A DNA stretch of 64,000 bases from positions 160,001-224,000 of IMG/VR virus record IMGVR_UViG_3300023053_000001, one strand, 5' to 3'. Positions 8,064 to 17,898 of the stretch are shown here, one piece after another. The DNA is from a virus. Lineage: Duplodnaviria; Caudoviricetes. Position numbers and translations under genes: made by a program. Positions within the stretch are counted from its first letter, which is position 1. Every line of letters starts with the position of its first letter. Under the pieces are notes generated by a model, which saw only the letters and a list, made by a program, of their open reading frames with translations, was not told the origin of the DNA and ran no database searches.

Positions 8064-10325
8064 TTACCGCGTGTTGTCGCGATCGGTACCCATCGACGCC
8101 GCACGGATCATTCGGCCAGGCAGCGTATCCATGAAGACCGAGGACCAGCGCGAAGCCGAGTTCCAGGTCTTGTAGTTCTGCTTGGCCAGCGAGTGAGCCA
8201 GTGCGATCTTGCGGGTGCCGTACACCATCTGCTGCAGCGACAGCGAACCCATCACGGCCAAGTAGTCCGTGTAGGCGTTGTCATCGCTGTAGGTCGAAGG
8301 TGTGGTGGCCGAAGCCACATCGTTGGCAGCGCCTTGCAGCGTACCGTCTTCACCACCTTCACCGCCCGTGCCCAGTACCGCATCACCGGCAGAGCCGGCA
8401 GCATCGGCGGCCATCAACCAGCCCTTCTCCCACAGCTTGAAGCCTGCAGAGATCGGCATGTGCATGACCGTGGACAGATCCACGACAGTGAAGTGCAGAT
8501 CGATACCCATCTGCTCGTGTTCTTCGGTCCAACCTACGTTGGCCGTACCACGCTGGATGGTCAGCGATTCGATCATACCCAGACGGATGGCGCAACGGCC
8601 CTGGGAGTAGCACTCGCACAGGAACGGTGAGGTGTAGGTACGTGCACCAGTGGACAGGGGCAGCGTGCCAGCCATCAGCATGGCAGTGGGCACCAGCTCG
8701 TACAGGAAGCGGGAGAGTTTATCGCCCGACCATGCACGCAGCTGGATGTTGAAGTCCGCACGTGGCAACTGCGCCGTGGACGAATCCCAGACCTTGGGAA
8801 TATCCACAAACGCCAGACCCGTCAGGGCCATGACGCCACCCATCTGGATCTTGGCCAATGCGTTTTCGGCAAAGGACTGCAACGCGCCGGTAGCCGACTG
8901 CAACAGACCGGCGCCGTCGATGTTACCTTCAGCCATCGAGAAGCGTTTGGACTTCATCGAAGAACTGGTGGAGTTCATCGTAGAGGCAATATCCGACTCA
9001 CGGGTGGAGTTGGAGAACGACTCACTGGCCTGACCGGGATTGTCTACACGGAAGGTCACAAAGTCCGAACCGTCGCGACGATCACCTTCCAGATAGTTCC
9101 AGAACTTACCTGCGGTCTCACCGGCCGTCAGTGCACCTTCATTGGCATTGGCATCGGGCATGCTGTACTGGGACATGTCGCCCACCGCAGCACCGTTATT
9201 ACCATTGCCGCCTTCCACCTTCTTGTTCTGGCTGGCTTCGAAGTAGGACTGCAGGTATTCGGTCATCGAGCGGTCCTTGGGGACCTTCTCGCTACCCGTC
9301 CACACCGTCTGGATGTAGTCTCGCAGGTTCGATCGCAGCTTGCCGGGAGTGATCAGATCCAGCGTACGGAAGTTCTGCGCATCACGCAGCTTTTGGTTGT
9401 ACAGGTTAGCCAAACGCTGAGCACGCGAGGTCACGTTACGGATGTTGATCAACCCGTCCTTCTGGAACAGGTCCGGCAGCATCTCGGCAAAGGCCGAACG
9501 ATACTTCTCGGAGAACACGTCCTGGTCGGTGTAGTTGGTGGTACGACTGTCCGAAGGTGCATACGGGCTCAAGCCCATGTTGTTGGCCAGACCGTTACAG
9601 ATCGCCGTCACCGCATCCCAGTACAGGGCCATGGTGGCTTTGAGGTAGTAATACTTGGTCGTAGGCCAACCGGCCAACGTGCGCAAAATACGACCACCCA
9701 AGACAATCGGGTAGAACGGTGCAGCCAGCAGTGTACCGACTGCAGCACCTGCCGCGCCTGCCGCAGACTGGATCGGCGCAGACAGGAAGTCCAGACTCGC
9801 ACGACCGGTACGCGCCAACTGCGAGGAGTCCGGATCGTACATGCCACCGAAGAAGGTCCACAGGCTGTTGAATTCGGGTACGCCAAATCGCATGTGCACC
9901 AGCTGCGAGTTGTCGTCGATGGATTCACTGTAATAGCGACCCATACCCATGCTTTGCGCTGACTTCTGACGCATGTCGCGCCAGCTGTCGGCAATGCCGT
10001 GATACACCGCGACCGGATCGGTCAGCGTGTCACCCCAATTGAGCTTTCGCGACGCCGCTGTGCCCACAGAACCACCGCCGGTTTTGATGTCGGCATAGCG
10101 GGTGAACTGAGGTGGGGCATTGATCGCAAAGTTACCGCCCAACGTGGTGTCGGTAAACTTGAATGCAGCAGTTGTCATCATCCGGCGGACCATGTCCGTG
10201 GTGGTGATGGCATCACTCGACAACAAGAACGACTGGCGAATCCAATCGTTGTCCATCGGACGTTCCGTCAGAGCCTGCGGCATCGGCTCATCACTCTGAC
10301 TCGTCCAGGTGGCAGTATCTACCAT
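8064..10325 (-). CDS. Virion tail tip/baseplate hub-like protein (phiKZ gp182-like)
   Basis: 753 aa, directly downstream of the tape measure gene. Motifs FTDTTLGGNFAIN, MGRYYSESIDDN and GMIESLTIQRG are typical of this conserved family. Confidence 0.7.
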   Translation of the reverse strand: MVDTATWTSQSDEPMPQALTERPMDNDWIRQSFLLSSDAITTTDMVRRMMTTAAFKFTDTTLGGNFAINAPPQFTRYADIKTGGGSVGTAASRKLNWGDTLTDPVAVYHGIADSWRDMRQKSAQSMGMGRYYSESIDDNSQLVHMRFGVPEFNSLWTFFGGMYDPDSSQLARTGRASLDFLSAPIQSAAGAAGAAVGTLLAAPFYPIVLGGRILRTLAGWPTTKYYYLKATMALYWDAVTAICNGLANNMGLSPYAPSDSRTTNYTDQDVFSEKYRSAFAEMLPDLFQKDGLINIRNVTSRAQRLANLYNQKLRDAQNFRTLDLITPGKLRSNLRDYIQTVWTGSEKVPKDRSMTEYLQSYFEASQNKKVEGGNGNNGAAVGDMSQYSMPDANANEGALTAGETAGKFWNYLEGDRRDGSDFVTFRVDNPGQASESFSNSTRESDIASTMNSTSSSMKSKRFSMAEGNIDGAGLLQSATGALQSFAENALAKIQMGGVMALTGLAFVDIPKVWDSSTAQLPRADFNIQLRAWSGDKLSRFLYELVPTAMLMAGTLPLSTGARTYTSPFLCECYSQGRCAIRLGMIESLTIQRGTANVGWTEEHEQMGIDLHFTVVDLSTVMHMPISAGFKLWEKGWLMAADAAGSAGDAVLGTGGEGGEDGTLQGAANDVASATTPSTYSDDNAYTDYLAVMGSLSLQQMVYGTRKIALAHSLAKQNYKTWNSASRWSSVFMDTLPGRMIRAASMGTDRDNTR

Positions 10326-10344
10326 GTCATTCTCCAAGAAAAGA

Positions 10345-10373
10345 AAACGGGGCCCCATTACAGGGCCCCGTTT
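10345..10373 (-). terminator. Intrinsic terminator after the tape measure gene
   Basis: AAACGGGGCCC/GGGCCCCGTTT stem with a T-rich run on the minus strand. Confidence 0.7.
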
Positions 10374-10378
10374 CAAAC

Positions 10379-13300
10379 TCAACCAATGGCGTTACGATTG
10401 CGACGCATCGACACCGGCGTATCGGCAGCAGTGGCCGGTGCTACGGCTTTCTCGCGCTGAACGATCTGACTGCGATCGATCTTACCTTGCGCGGTGATGG
10501 CCGGAGCACTGGTGGGCGTGTTGCTATCAGCATTGGCAGCGGCCGCGCGAGCGACCTGGGTACCGGTCTGACCGGAAAGGAACCCAACCAGCTGTCCCAC
10601 CTTGTTGTCGATGGAGGTCATCACATCCAACTGCTTGGACATGATGTCCGTCATGCGACGGGTTTCCTGCTGCTCGGCACGCACGGTGGCTTGCGAGCGG
10701 GTGTCGTTCACAGCATTGGCTTCCTGCTGCTGCTGGATACGCTTGGCCAGATCACTGTCGGTCCGATTGGCCTCATCCACACGCGTGCTCTGCACGGCCG
10801 GAGCCGGCATGACAGACGTGTTCAGAGTCGGAGTCGGAGCATCCGGGCGAGCGGCCGGCATCTGGTAGTTGACCCGACCCACTGCAGCCGGATTACTGGC
10901 TTCAGTGGGAGCACTCGGCGCACTGGTGGCCGATTGCTGATAGGCACTACCTACGCCACCGGTCATGCTACCGTTGGTGACGCCCTGCGAGAACTGGTAG
11001 GCCGGTTCGCTCTTACCCAGCGAGGTCTTCGGGGAGTTCTCCGAAGCGGTCGTCGCATTGGCACGAACGTTGTTCAGCTCGGTGTTACCAGTCATCTCCT
11101 GCATGAACTTCTTGAAGTGCGACGCACGATCGGCCAGACCGTTGGTACCACCGTTGACCAGCTTGGTAACGCCATTGACGTCACCACCAGCGGCCATCTT
11201 GCGGATACCAGCGCCACGGCTCAACCACCAGTGGATCGAGGCCTGAGCACCGACCTTAGGATCGGAGACCAGCAGGTCCGGGTTGCTCAGCACGTCAATG
11301 CCAGAGGCCTTGGCGAACTTGGCGTAGTTGTCTCGTCCGGTCAACTGGATGAAACCACGACCGCGGAACTTGAAACCGTCACCGGGCTGGTTGTTGCCCA
11401 TACGTCCCTGATAAGCACGATCCAAGATCGCACGCTTACCGCCAGCAGCCATTGCGGCTTCGGCTTCCGCAGGACTGCGGAAATACTTCTTGAAGATCTG
11501 TGCAGCACGGGCCGGGCTGTAGTTGTAACCTTCAGAGATGGTGCGGAAGTTCCCCGACTCATGCGCGCACTGAGCCAAGAACATGGCCAGTTCGGTTTTG
11601 TCAGTGATACCGGCCTTGATGGCCTCCTTCATCAACATCTCTTGCAGTTCCTTCGCACTGCCCTTCAGCGCCGGCGGAGGCGGACCTTCCGGTACCGGTG
11701 CCCCACCACCACCGCCACCACCTGCCGCGGCAGCGCCACCTCCGAAGCCGAGCTTGGCAGCGGTGTTACTCCACCAACCACCGCCTCCGGACGGCTTAGC
11801 GCCACCCACACCGGCAAACTTCTCACCGGCCCGCTGCCCTGCTTGCGTGTTGCCCAACATGGCAGTGGATGCAGCACCGGCAGTGCCAATGATCTTGGCA
11901 GCGTCGGCCTTGGCCTTTTCGTACTCGGCGCTGGTCTTACCCAACGCTTCGGCCTGACGGGCATTGATGTCCTTCAACTGCGAAGCCTTCTTCTGACGAT
12001 CAATCCAGTCAGTGGCCCAGTCCGCACCGAAGATACCAAACACACCCGCCGAGCTGCTGTTACCGAGACGCTCAGCCTTACCCTTGAACTTGCCCCACAG
12101 GGAACGTTCCTTTTCCACCGTGTCAATGGCGAGCTTGTACGCATCGCCCACGCCACCGACATTCATCTCTACCGGCTTACCGTCGAAGGCGCCTGCTTTG
12201 ATGTTGTACGTTTGCGGGTTGATGTTGTTTACGGCTTTGAGCAACGAAGCCTTCTGGTCCTGCGACAGCTCGCTGTCAGCATCGCCCAGCTTCATCTGCG
12301 CCTTGATGGCGCGTACGTTGGTCAACCAAGCCAGGAACACCGGCTTGAAGCGGTTGTTGAACCAGACGTCGAACATGGCCCGTTCATCCTTGTTACTGGT
12401 GAACCAACCATCATCCAAGTCGAACAACTTGTACACCGCTTCCATGGTCAGTTCACCGCCAGCGGCGATGTCCAGACCATTGCCCATCTGCTTGACTGCC
12501 GGTTCGCACATCTGCTCCAGTTCAGAGATCATCTTACCCTGATCGCTGTCCTGATAGCCGTAACCGTACTGAGCCATACGGAAAGCACGCAGCGGCGTGT
12601 AGGTGCCGTAGTTGTACTTCTTGTAGACCTTGTAGCCCACATACGCCACCGCACCGACGATTGCCGCACCGATAGCCACAGGCGAACCCAGCACGGCCAG
12701 AGCACCCGTACCCAGCGTACCCATCACACCCATGCCACCTGCACCTGCAGCGGCAGTACCCGCGGCAGCCGTACCGGCACCTGCAGCACCGCCAGCCAGC
12801 GCGGTACCACCAGCAGCGGCCGTGCCGCCACCGAGCAGGCTGTTAGCCATCAAACCGTAGCTGACCGCATCGATGCCGGTGTTGATCGCCTTGGACCCCG
12901 CAGAGTTCGGACCACCAGTCACCTTGTCGATTGCGTAATCGGCACCAAAGCCCATCGCCAGACCACTGGCGATACCGCCAATGGAAGCACTGCGCGGCTT
13001 GAACCGAGCCAGACGTCCACCGGCACGACGCAACAGTCCGGGCTTCTTGGCGGCACCGGCAACGCCGGCAGCAGCCTTACCCTTGTTACGCTTGAGCCAG
13101 TTGGGCAGACGGCTACCGATTGCGCCAGTAGCAGCGCCAGCCATACGACCGACCTTGGAGCGACCGAACCTACGGCTCCACTTGTTACGACGGGCATTCA
13201 TGTTGCGGCGCATACCGCCACGCTTGCGACCACGGGCATCACGGTGGGCAGCGCCCTTACCGTCCTTACCCCGACCACCACCGTCGCCACCACCGCCCAT

Positions 13301-16300
13301 GAAGATGGTGTTGCCACCACCACCGCCCTCGCCATCCTCATCGTCCTCATCATCGCCACCGCCGCCAAACAAACCGCCGGTGATCTTGGACAGGAACTTA
13401 CTGAGGAAGCCGTTCTTCTCCTTCTCCGCTGCCTGCTCCTCGGCTTCTTCCTCAGCCTTACGGCCCCGGAAGGTAGCCAGACGTTCCTCGTAGGAACCGG
13501 CACGGATTTTCTTCGGCTTGGGCAGGCGTTCCTTCAGCAGGTCGCGGATTTCCACCAGCAGACCCACCGTGGCCTGATCAGCAGTCATGTTGCCACCGCT
13601 GCGCAGACCGAACATGCGACCGATACCACGGCCCAACGCACCCAGCGCATTACCGCCGAGCTTGAAGGCACCGCCGATCAGCGAACCATACCCGCTGGCA
13701 ATGGAACCGGCAGCATTTGCCAGACCACGACCGATTGAGCCGACAGCATTGATCAGACCGTTACCACGCTTGAGCTTCTTGCCGCGGTAGTCCACCAGAC
13801 CGGCCTTGAACTCTTCCAGCGACAGCGCCTCACGCAGCGTACCCTCAACCATCTTGAAGGTCTGGCCACGGATTTGCTCCCAACGCTTGATCTTGGTCTT
13901 GCGATCATCTGCAAAGACCAGACCGTTACGCATTTCCGTTACGGTGATGCGCGGGTTGGGATCGCCGGGGACGTAGATGTCCTGCGGAGCATTGGCTTCA
14001 CGAATCTTGCGGTTGACCCAGGAGATAGCACGGAAGGGTGCAGCCACCAGCGACGCATAGCCGCCGAGGATACCGCCGCCTGCCTTGAGCAGTCGACCGA
14101 ACACGTCACCGGTGGCGCGGAACAGCTTGCGCCCTTGGGTGTCGTACATGCCTTCCTGATATTCCTCAGCCGTGAGGACGATCACCGCAGGATCTGCGGA
14201 ACGATCTTCCACCGGGCCGGTAATGTCACGCCACTTACGGACCTGCTTGTTGGTCAGCTGATCCCAGTAGTTGCCCGCATTCATCTTGGCACGGGTCATG
14301 ATGACACGACCCTGCTTGTTACGGATGTCACCGAGGTAGTCACCGGCCATGGAGCCGAGCGAGCCGAGCTTGCGCGCCAGCGTGATGGGCGACTTCCAGA
14401 TGCCGACGGCAAAGCGCCCGTAAGCGCGAGCCAGACCACCCAGACCGCGACCCATGCTGGACAGACCACGGCCGATACCGCCCATGGCACGACCACCCAG
14501 ACCGCGCAGACGCTTGCCCAACCCACCACCGCCACCACCTTCGCCCGGAGCACTGGTGAAGTCACCATTCTCCAACACGTCAAGGATTGCGGTTTGCAGC
14601 TGTACCTGCTGCTGACCCAGTTCGATCAGCGGAGTCAGGTCAAAGCCGGGCATGCCACCTTCAACACCGGCAGCGCTGTCACCGCCCTCACGCCACGCAT
14701 TGACACGGTCACGACCTGCCGTCACAGCCTGCGTTGCCGCAGTCTTGGCTTCCTCGTAACTGTTACGCAGACGCGTCTTGAGCGAAGTCAACTGCTCACC
14801 GGCGCTGTTGTACATGTCCTTGGCAAAGTCCTTAGCCGACAGCACGATGTTACCTTCGCCATCGACCACGCTACCACGGATGTCATCGATGCTCTTGAGC
14901 ACAGCACCGGAAGCCTGATCGAAGTATTCGCCCGCTGCCAGTGCAGCGGCTTCAATCTTGGGATGCTTCCCGTTACCGACGTAGACATCGAACAGACGCT
15001 TACCTTCGGCCTTGAATGCGTCCTTCTTTTGGTTGAGCGCATCGCGAGCACCGCGGGCAGCACGACGCCCCTTGACTGCACCGCGCTTGAGTTCGCGTTG
15101 CGCCTTGGCCTGGACCTTACCAACCCATGCCGGGGTGTTGCCTTCTTCATCCTTCAGACCACGAGCGATGTCCTTGGCCGCAGCGATGATGTTGCCCTTG
15201 TTGTCGATGACCGTACCGGAGATGTCATCCCACTTCTCGATCAGCTTACCCGATGCCTGGTCGTAGTAATCACCAGCGGCCAACCGCACCCCTTCCAGCA
15301 ACGTGCGCTCACCATCGTTGGTGAGGATGTCGCTGTACTTGTTGTACTGATTGGTCAGCCCCGCCATTGCCTGACGGCGAGCACGTTCAGCACGCACGCG
15401 ATGACGACGGGTACCCTTCTCGGCTTTCTTAGCCAGCGACTTGGCACGTTCCTTGGCCTTGTCCAGCTGCTTTTGCACCTTGGGGTGATCGCTGAGATAG
15501 CCCTCCGCCAGATCCTTCGCATTGAGGATCACACGGTCGGCCTGATCCTTCAGGTTACCGCGCAGCTGATCCAGACTGGTGATGACCTTGCCCGAGGCAC
15601 TGTCGTAATACTCACCGGCCTTCAGCTTGGCAAAGTCGACCAGCGCTTCCTTACCGTCTTGGGTGTAGACTTCCACTGCCTCGTTGTACAAGTCCGATCC
15701 ACGGTTGTAGATGTCCTTGGCACGACGCTTGGCACCCCGGTAGCCCACACGAGCACGAGCGCGCAGACGGCTGGTCGCCTTTCCTGCAACACCCGGTGCC
15801 AGATACGGCGTGGACTTACGACGGAAAGCTTCGCGCTCTTCCGGGGTCAGCAACAGGCTGGGGTCCATATCCGGGGAGAGATCTTCCGGACGGGCATTGA
15901 ACAGCTGGTCATGGAAGTGAGCGTAATTGACGTTGTCGGTGTAACCCTGACGGTCAATCATGCCCATCTCTTTCAGGTACTCACGACCGCCGGTCTCCAT
16001 GTAGACGCTCATGGCGGCCTTGGGATCGGGGATGGCACCCTTCAGTCGACGGAAGGCTTCATCGTGGGCAGTACGACGCTGCTGATTGAACGTCCCGTCA
16101 TCGCGGGTATAGTTCGAGTTCAGTACCTGCTCCAGCTCCATCTTCGAGCTGTAGGACAGGTTAGCCGTATCGCTTTCGGTGTCGCTGTAACGCTTGGGAT
16201 CGTAGTGTCGACCGGAGATGGTGTCGATCAGGATCTGACGCTTGAGTTCATCGCGCGTCTTGTCCGAGACCTTGTGGTCACCGATCAGATCAGTGACCCA

Positions 16301-17833
16301 TTTATCCACCTGCTCACGACCGTAGTTCATCTGGTGCGGATGCATGATGCGCTTGCGAGCATCGCCGGCAGCCGTGCCAAAACTGGTGAACTCACCACGG
16401 TCCATGTTGTACACGGTCCGCTCAGCATTGGCATCGCCCGTACGCGTCTTGACCAACTCGTGGTGAATGCGCGACAGGAAGCCGGGGATGACTTCCACCA
16501 GCGAGCGACGGGCCTGCTTATCAAACGGGGTGGCTTCGTTGGCGTTGTACAGCGGGGAGTGCTGCAGTGCCGGATCGATACCGGCACGCGGCATCATTTC
16601 CTTGATCCAGCGCAACAGACCACCGGCGACGGAGGTGTTGTCATCGGCCGACTGTACGAACGAAGCCGCACGTTCGGGGATGTTGCCAAACATGTACTGC
16701 AGCTGCGAACCCAGATCGGTCACCTTCTGGTTTTTACCCAGATGGCGCTGAATGGGACGGGCCACAAAACGGGTGACCATCGGAGCGACCAGACCGCCGA
16801 GCATCTCAGCGTAGGTGCCCTTCTTGTCTCCACCCATCTCCGCTGCCGAGGCAATCGACTCACGGCCCATATCGGCCATGTCGATACCGCCGGCAATCTG
16901 CGAGGCCATGTTACCCACCGACGCGGTGAGGTTCTTGGCAAAGTTCTTGGTGAAGTTGGTCACATAGTCCACGGCCTTCTGCTGATAGTTGCTCAGCAGG
17001 CGGTCACGGAAGTTCGCACCGGCTGCTTCACGCAGATCGGTCTTGCGATACTCCGGCAACGCCGTGTTCTTCATGATGACATTCAACTGCGCGGACTGAC
17101 GCTGTTCACCGGCGGTCAACAGGGCCAACGTATTGCGTTGCAGCGCAAACGTACGCAGCTTCAGTTCCAGATCCTTGCGCTGGTAGCGAGCCAGGATGTT
17201 ATCCTGATAGGCCGCCAGTCGATCGGTGTTCTGACGCACTGCATCCATGATGCGCGCCTGATCCACCAACCGCTTGTCTTGGATCTTGTTGCGGATTTCA
17301 CCCTCAACGCGGTCCTCTTCACGGGTGCGGGCATTCTCTTCGATCATTGCACCGAAGATCTGATCCAGCTGTCCGTTGACTTCCGCACTCTCGGCATCAG
17401 CAGCATGCTGAGCCCGGTTCTCATCGCCGCCCTCGGAAAATGCCTTCAGCTTACGCTGCAGGGCCTTGGGCAACAGCTTGCTTTCGCTCTGGGAGAGCGC
17501 GCCAGCGGTGCGACGAAACACCGGCATAGCCGGACGCAGCTCTTGGGCCGCAGTATGGTATAGATTAGCCCCCAAATCCTTCAGTTCGTACGCGGTGTTG
17601 ACCGCGGTACCGTAACCGGTGGGCAGAGCGTTGGATGCAACTCGACGGACTTGGTCCGGTTGGACCATAGCCGATCCGAAGCCTGCGCCAAACTTCTTGG
17701 CGAGATGATACACCGGCTTCTTATCGTTTTTGGTACTGGTGTCCTCTGCAAAGGGATCACCGAAGTCCAAGTCGTCAAAATCCAAATTCAGAGAGTCGTC
17801 TTGCGACCCGATGGGATTTTTCTTGATGGCCAC
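10379..17833 (-). CDS. Tail tape-measure-like protein with a C-terminal GH19 (chitinase/muramidase-class) domain (phiKZ gp181-like)
   Basis: 2484 aa, GTG start with a CAGGAG SD, helical and Gly/Ala-rich. GH19 motifs AQCAHESG and DGFKFRGRGFIQLTGRDNY lie at about 11100-11620. The gene is divergent from the vRNAP genes. Confidence 0.88.
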   Translation of the reverse strand: MAIKKNPIGSQDDSLNLDFDDLDFGDPFAEDTSTKNDKKPVYHLAKKFGAGFGSAMVQPDQVRRVASNALPTGYGTAVNTAYELKDLGANLYHTAAQELRPAMPVFRRTAGALSQSESKLLPKALQRKLKAFSEGGDENRAQHAADAESAEVNGQLDQIFGAMIEENARTREEDRVEGEIRNKIQDKRLVDQARIMDAVRQNTDRLAAYQDNILARYQRKDLELKLRTFALQRNTLALLTAGEQRQSAQLNVIMKNTALPEYRKTDLREAAGANFRDRLLSNYQQKAVDYVTNFTKNFAKNLTASVGNMASQIAGGIDMADMGRESIASAAEMGGDKKGTYAEMLGGLVAPMVTRFVARPIQRHLGKNQKVTDLGSQLQYMFGNIPERAASFVQSADDNTSVAGGLLRWIKEMMPRAGIDPALQHSPLYNANEATPFDKQARRSLVEVIPGFLSRIHHELVKTRTGDANAERTVYNMDRGEFTSFGTAAGDARKRIMHPHQMNYGREQVDKWVTDLIGDHKVSDKTRDELKRQILIDTISGRHYDPKRYSDTESDTANLSYSSKMELEQVLNSNYTRDDGTFNQQRRTAHDEAFRRLKGAIPDPKAAMSVYMETGGREYLKEMGMIDRQGYTDNVNYAHFHDQLFNARPEDLSPDMDPSLLLTPEEREAFRRKSTPYLAPGVAGKATSRLRARARVGYRGAKRRAKDIYNRGSDLYNEAVEVYTQDGKEALVDFAKLKAGEYYDSASGKVITSLDQLRGNLKDQADRVILNAKDLAEGYLSDHPKVQKQLDKAKERAKSLAKKAEKGTRRHRVRAERARRQAMAGLTNQYNKYSDILTNDGERTLLEGVRLAAGDYYDQASGKLIEKWDDISGTVIDNKGNIIAAAKDIARGLKDEEGNTPAWVGKVQAKAQRELKRGAVKGRRAARGARDALNQKKDAFKAEGKRLFDVYVGNGKHPKIEAAALAAGEYFDQASGAVLKSIDDIRGSVVDGEGNIVLSAKDFAKDMYNSAGEQLTSLKTRLRNSYEEAKTAATQAVTAGRDRVNAWREGGDSAAGVEGGMPGFDLTPLIELGQQQVQLQTAILDVLENGDFTSAPGEGGGGGGLGKRLRGLGGRAMGGIGRGLSSMGRGLGGLARAYGRFAVGIWKSPITLARKLGSLGSMAGDYLGDIRNKQGRVIMTRAKMNAGNYWDQLTNKQVRKWRDITGPVEDRSADPAVIVLTAEEYQEGMYDTQGRKLFRATGDVFGRLLKAGGGILGGYASLVAAPFRAISWVNRKIREANAPQDIYVPGDPNPRITVTEMRNGLVFADDRKTKIKRWEQIRGQTFKMVEGTLREALSLEEFKAGLVDYRGKKLKRGNGLINAVGSIGRGLANAAGSIASGYGSLIGGAFKLGGNALGALGRGIGRMFGLRSGGNMTADQATVGLLVEIRDLLKERLPKPKKIRAGSYEERLATFRGRKAEEEAEEQAAEKEKNGFLSKFLSKITGGLFGGGGDDEDDEDGEGGGGGNTIFMGGGGDGGGRGKDGKGAAHRDARGRKRGGMRRNMNARRNKWSRRFGRSKVGRMAGAATGAIGSRLPNWLKRNKGKAAAGVAGAAKKPGLLRRAGGRLARFKPRSASIGGIASGLAMGFGADYAIDKVTGGPNSAGSKAINTGIDAVSYGLMANSLLGGGTAAAGGTALAGGAAGAGTAAAGTAAAGAGGMGVMGTLGTGALAVLGSPVAIGAAIVGAVAYVGYKVYKKYNYGTYTPLRAFRMAQYGYGYQDSDQGKMISELEQMCEPAVKQMGNGLDIAAGGELTMEAVYKLFDLDDGWFTSNKDERAMFDVWFNNRFKPVFLAWLTNVRAIKAQMKLGDADSELSQDQKASLLKAVNNINPQTYNIKAGAFDGKPVEMNVGGVGDAYKLAIDTVEKERSLWGKFKGKAERLGNSSSAGVFGIFGADWATDWIDRQKKASQLKDINARQAEALGKTSAEYEKAKADAAKIIGTAGAASTAMLGNTQAGQRAGEKFAGVGGAKPSGGGGWWSNTAAKLGFGGGAAAAGGGGGGGAPVPEGPPPPALKGSAKELQEMLMKEAIKAGITDKTELAMFLAQCAHESGNFRTISEGYNYSPARAAQIFKKYFRSPAEAEAAMAAGGKRAILDRAYQGRMGNNQPGDGFKFRGRGFIQLTGRDNYAKFAKASGIDVLSNPDLLVSDPKVGAQASIHWWLSRGAGIRKMAAGGDVNGVTKLVNGGTNGLADRASHFKKFMQEMTGNTELNNVRANATTASENSPKTSLGKSEPAYQFSQGVTNGSMTGGVGSAYQQSATSAPSAPTEASNPAAVGRVNYQMPAARPDAPTPTLNTSVMPAPAVQSTRVDEANRTDSDLAKRIQQQQEANAVNDTRSQATVRAEQQETRRMTDIMSKQLDVMTSIDNKVGQLVGFLSGQTGTQVARAAAANADSNTPTSAPAITAQGKIDRSQIVQREKAVAPATAADTPVSMRRNRNAIG

Positions 17834-17898
17834 AGTTAGTTACTCCTGGCAATAGAAGACCTATCGCCTCTCTTTCATAAATTAGGAGATGTTCCCCC

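Noticed and set aside
13310-13375. GCC/CAC-rich microsatellite-like stretch
   Set aside because: It simply encodes a Gly/Asp-rich linker (GGGGDDEDDEDGEGGGGG) in the tape measure protein.
10487-17563. Very long + strand ORFs (1083 and 1229 aa) opposite the tape measure gene
   Set aside because: These are antisense shadow frames produced by strong C/G third-position bias. They have no SD and no motifs.
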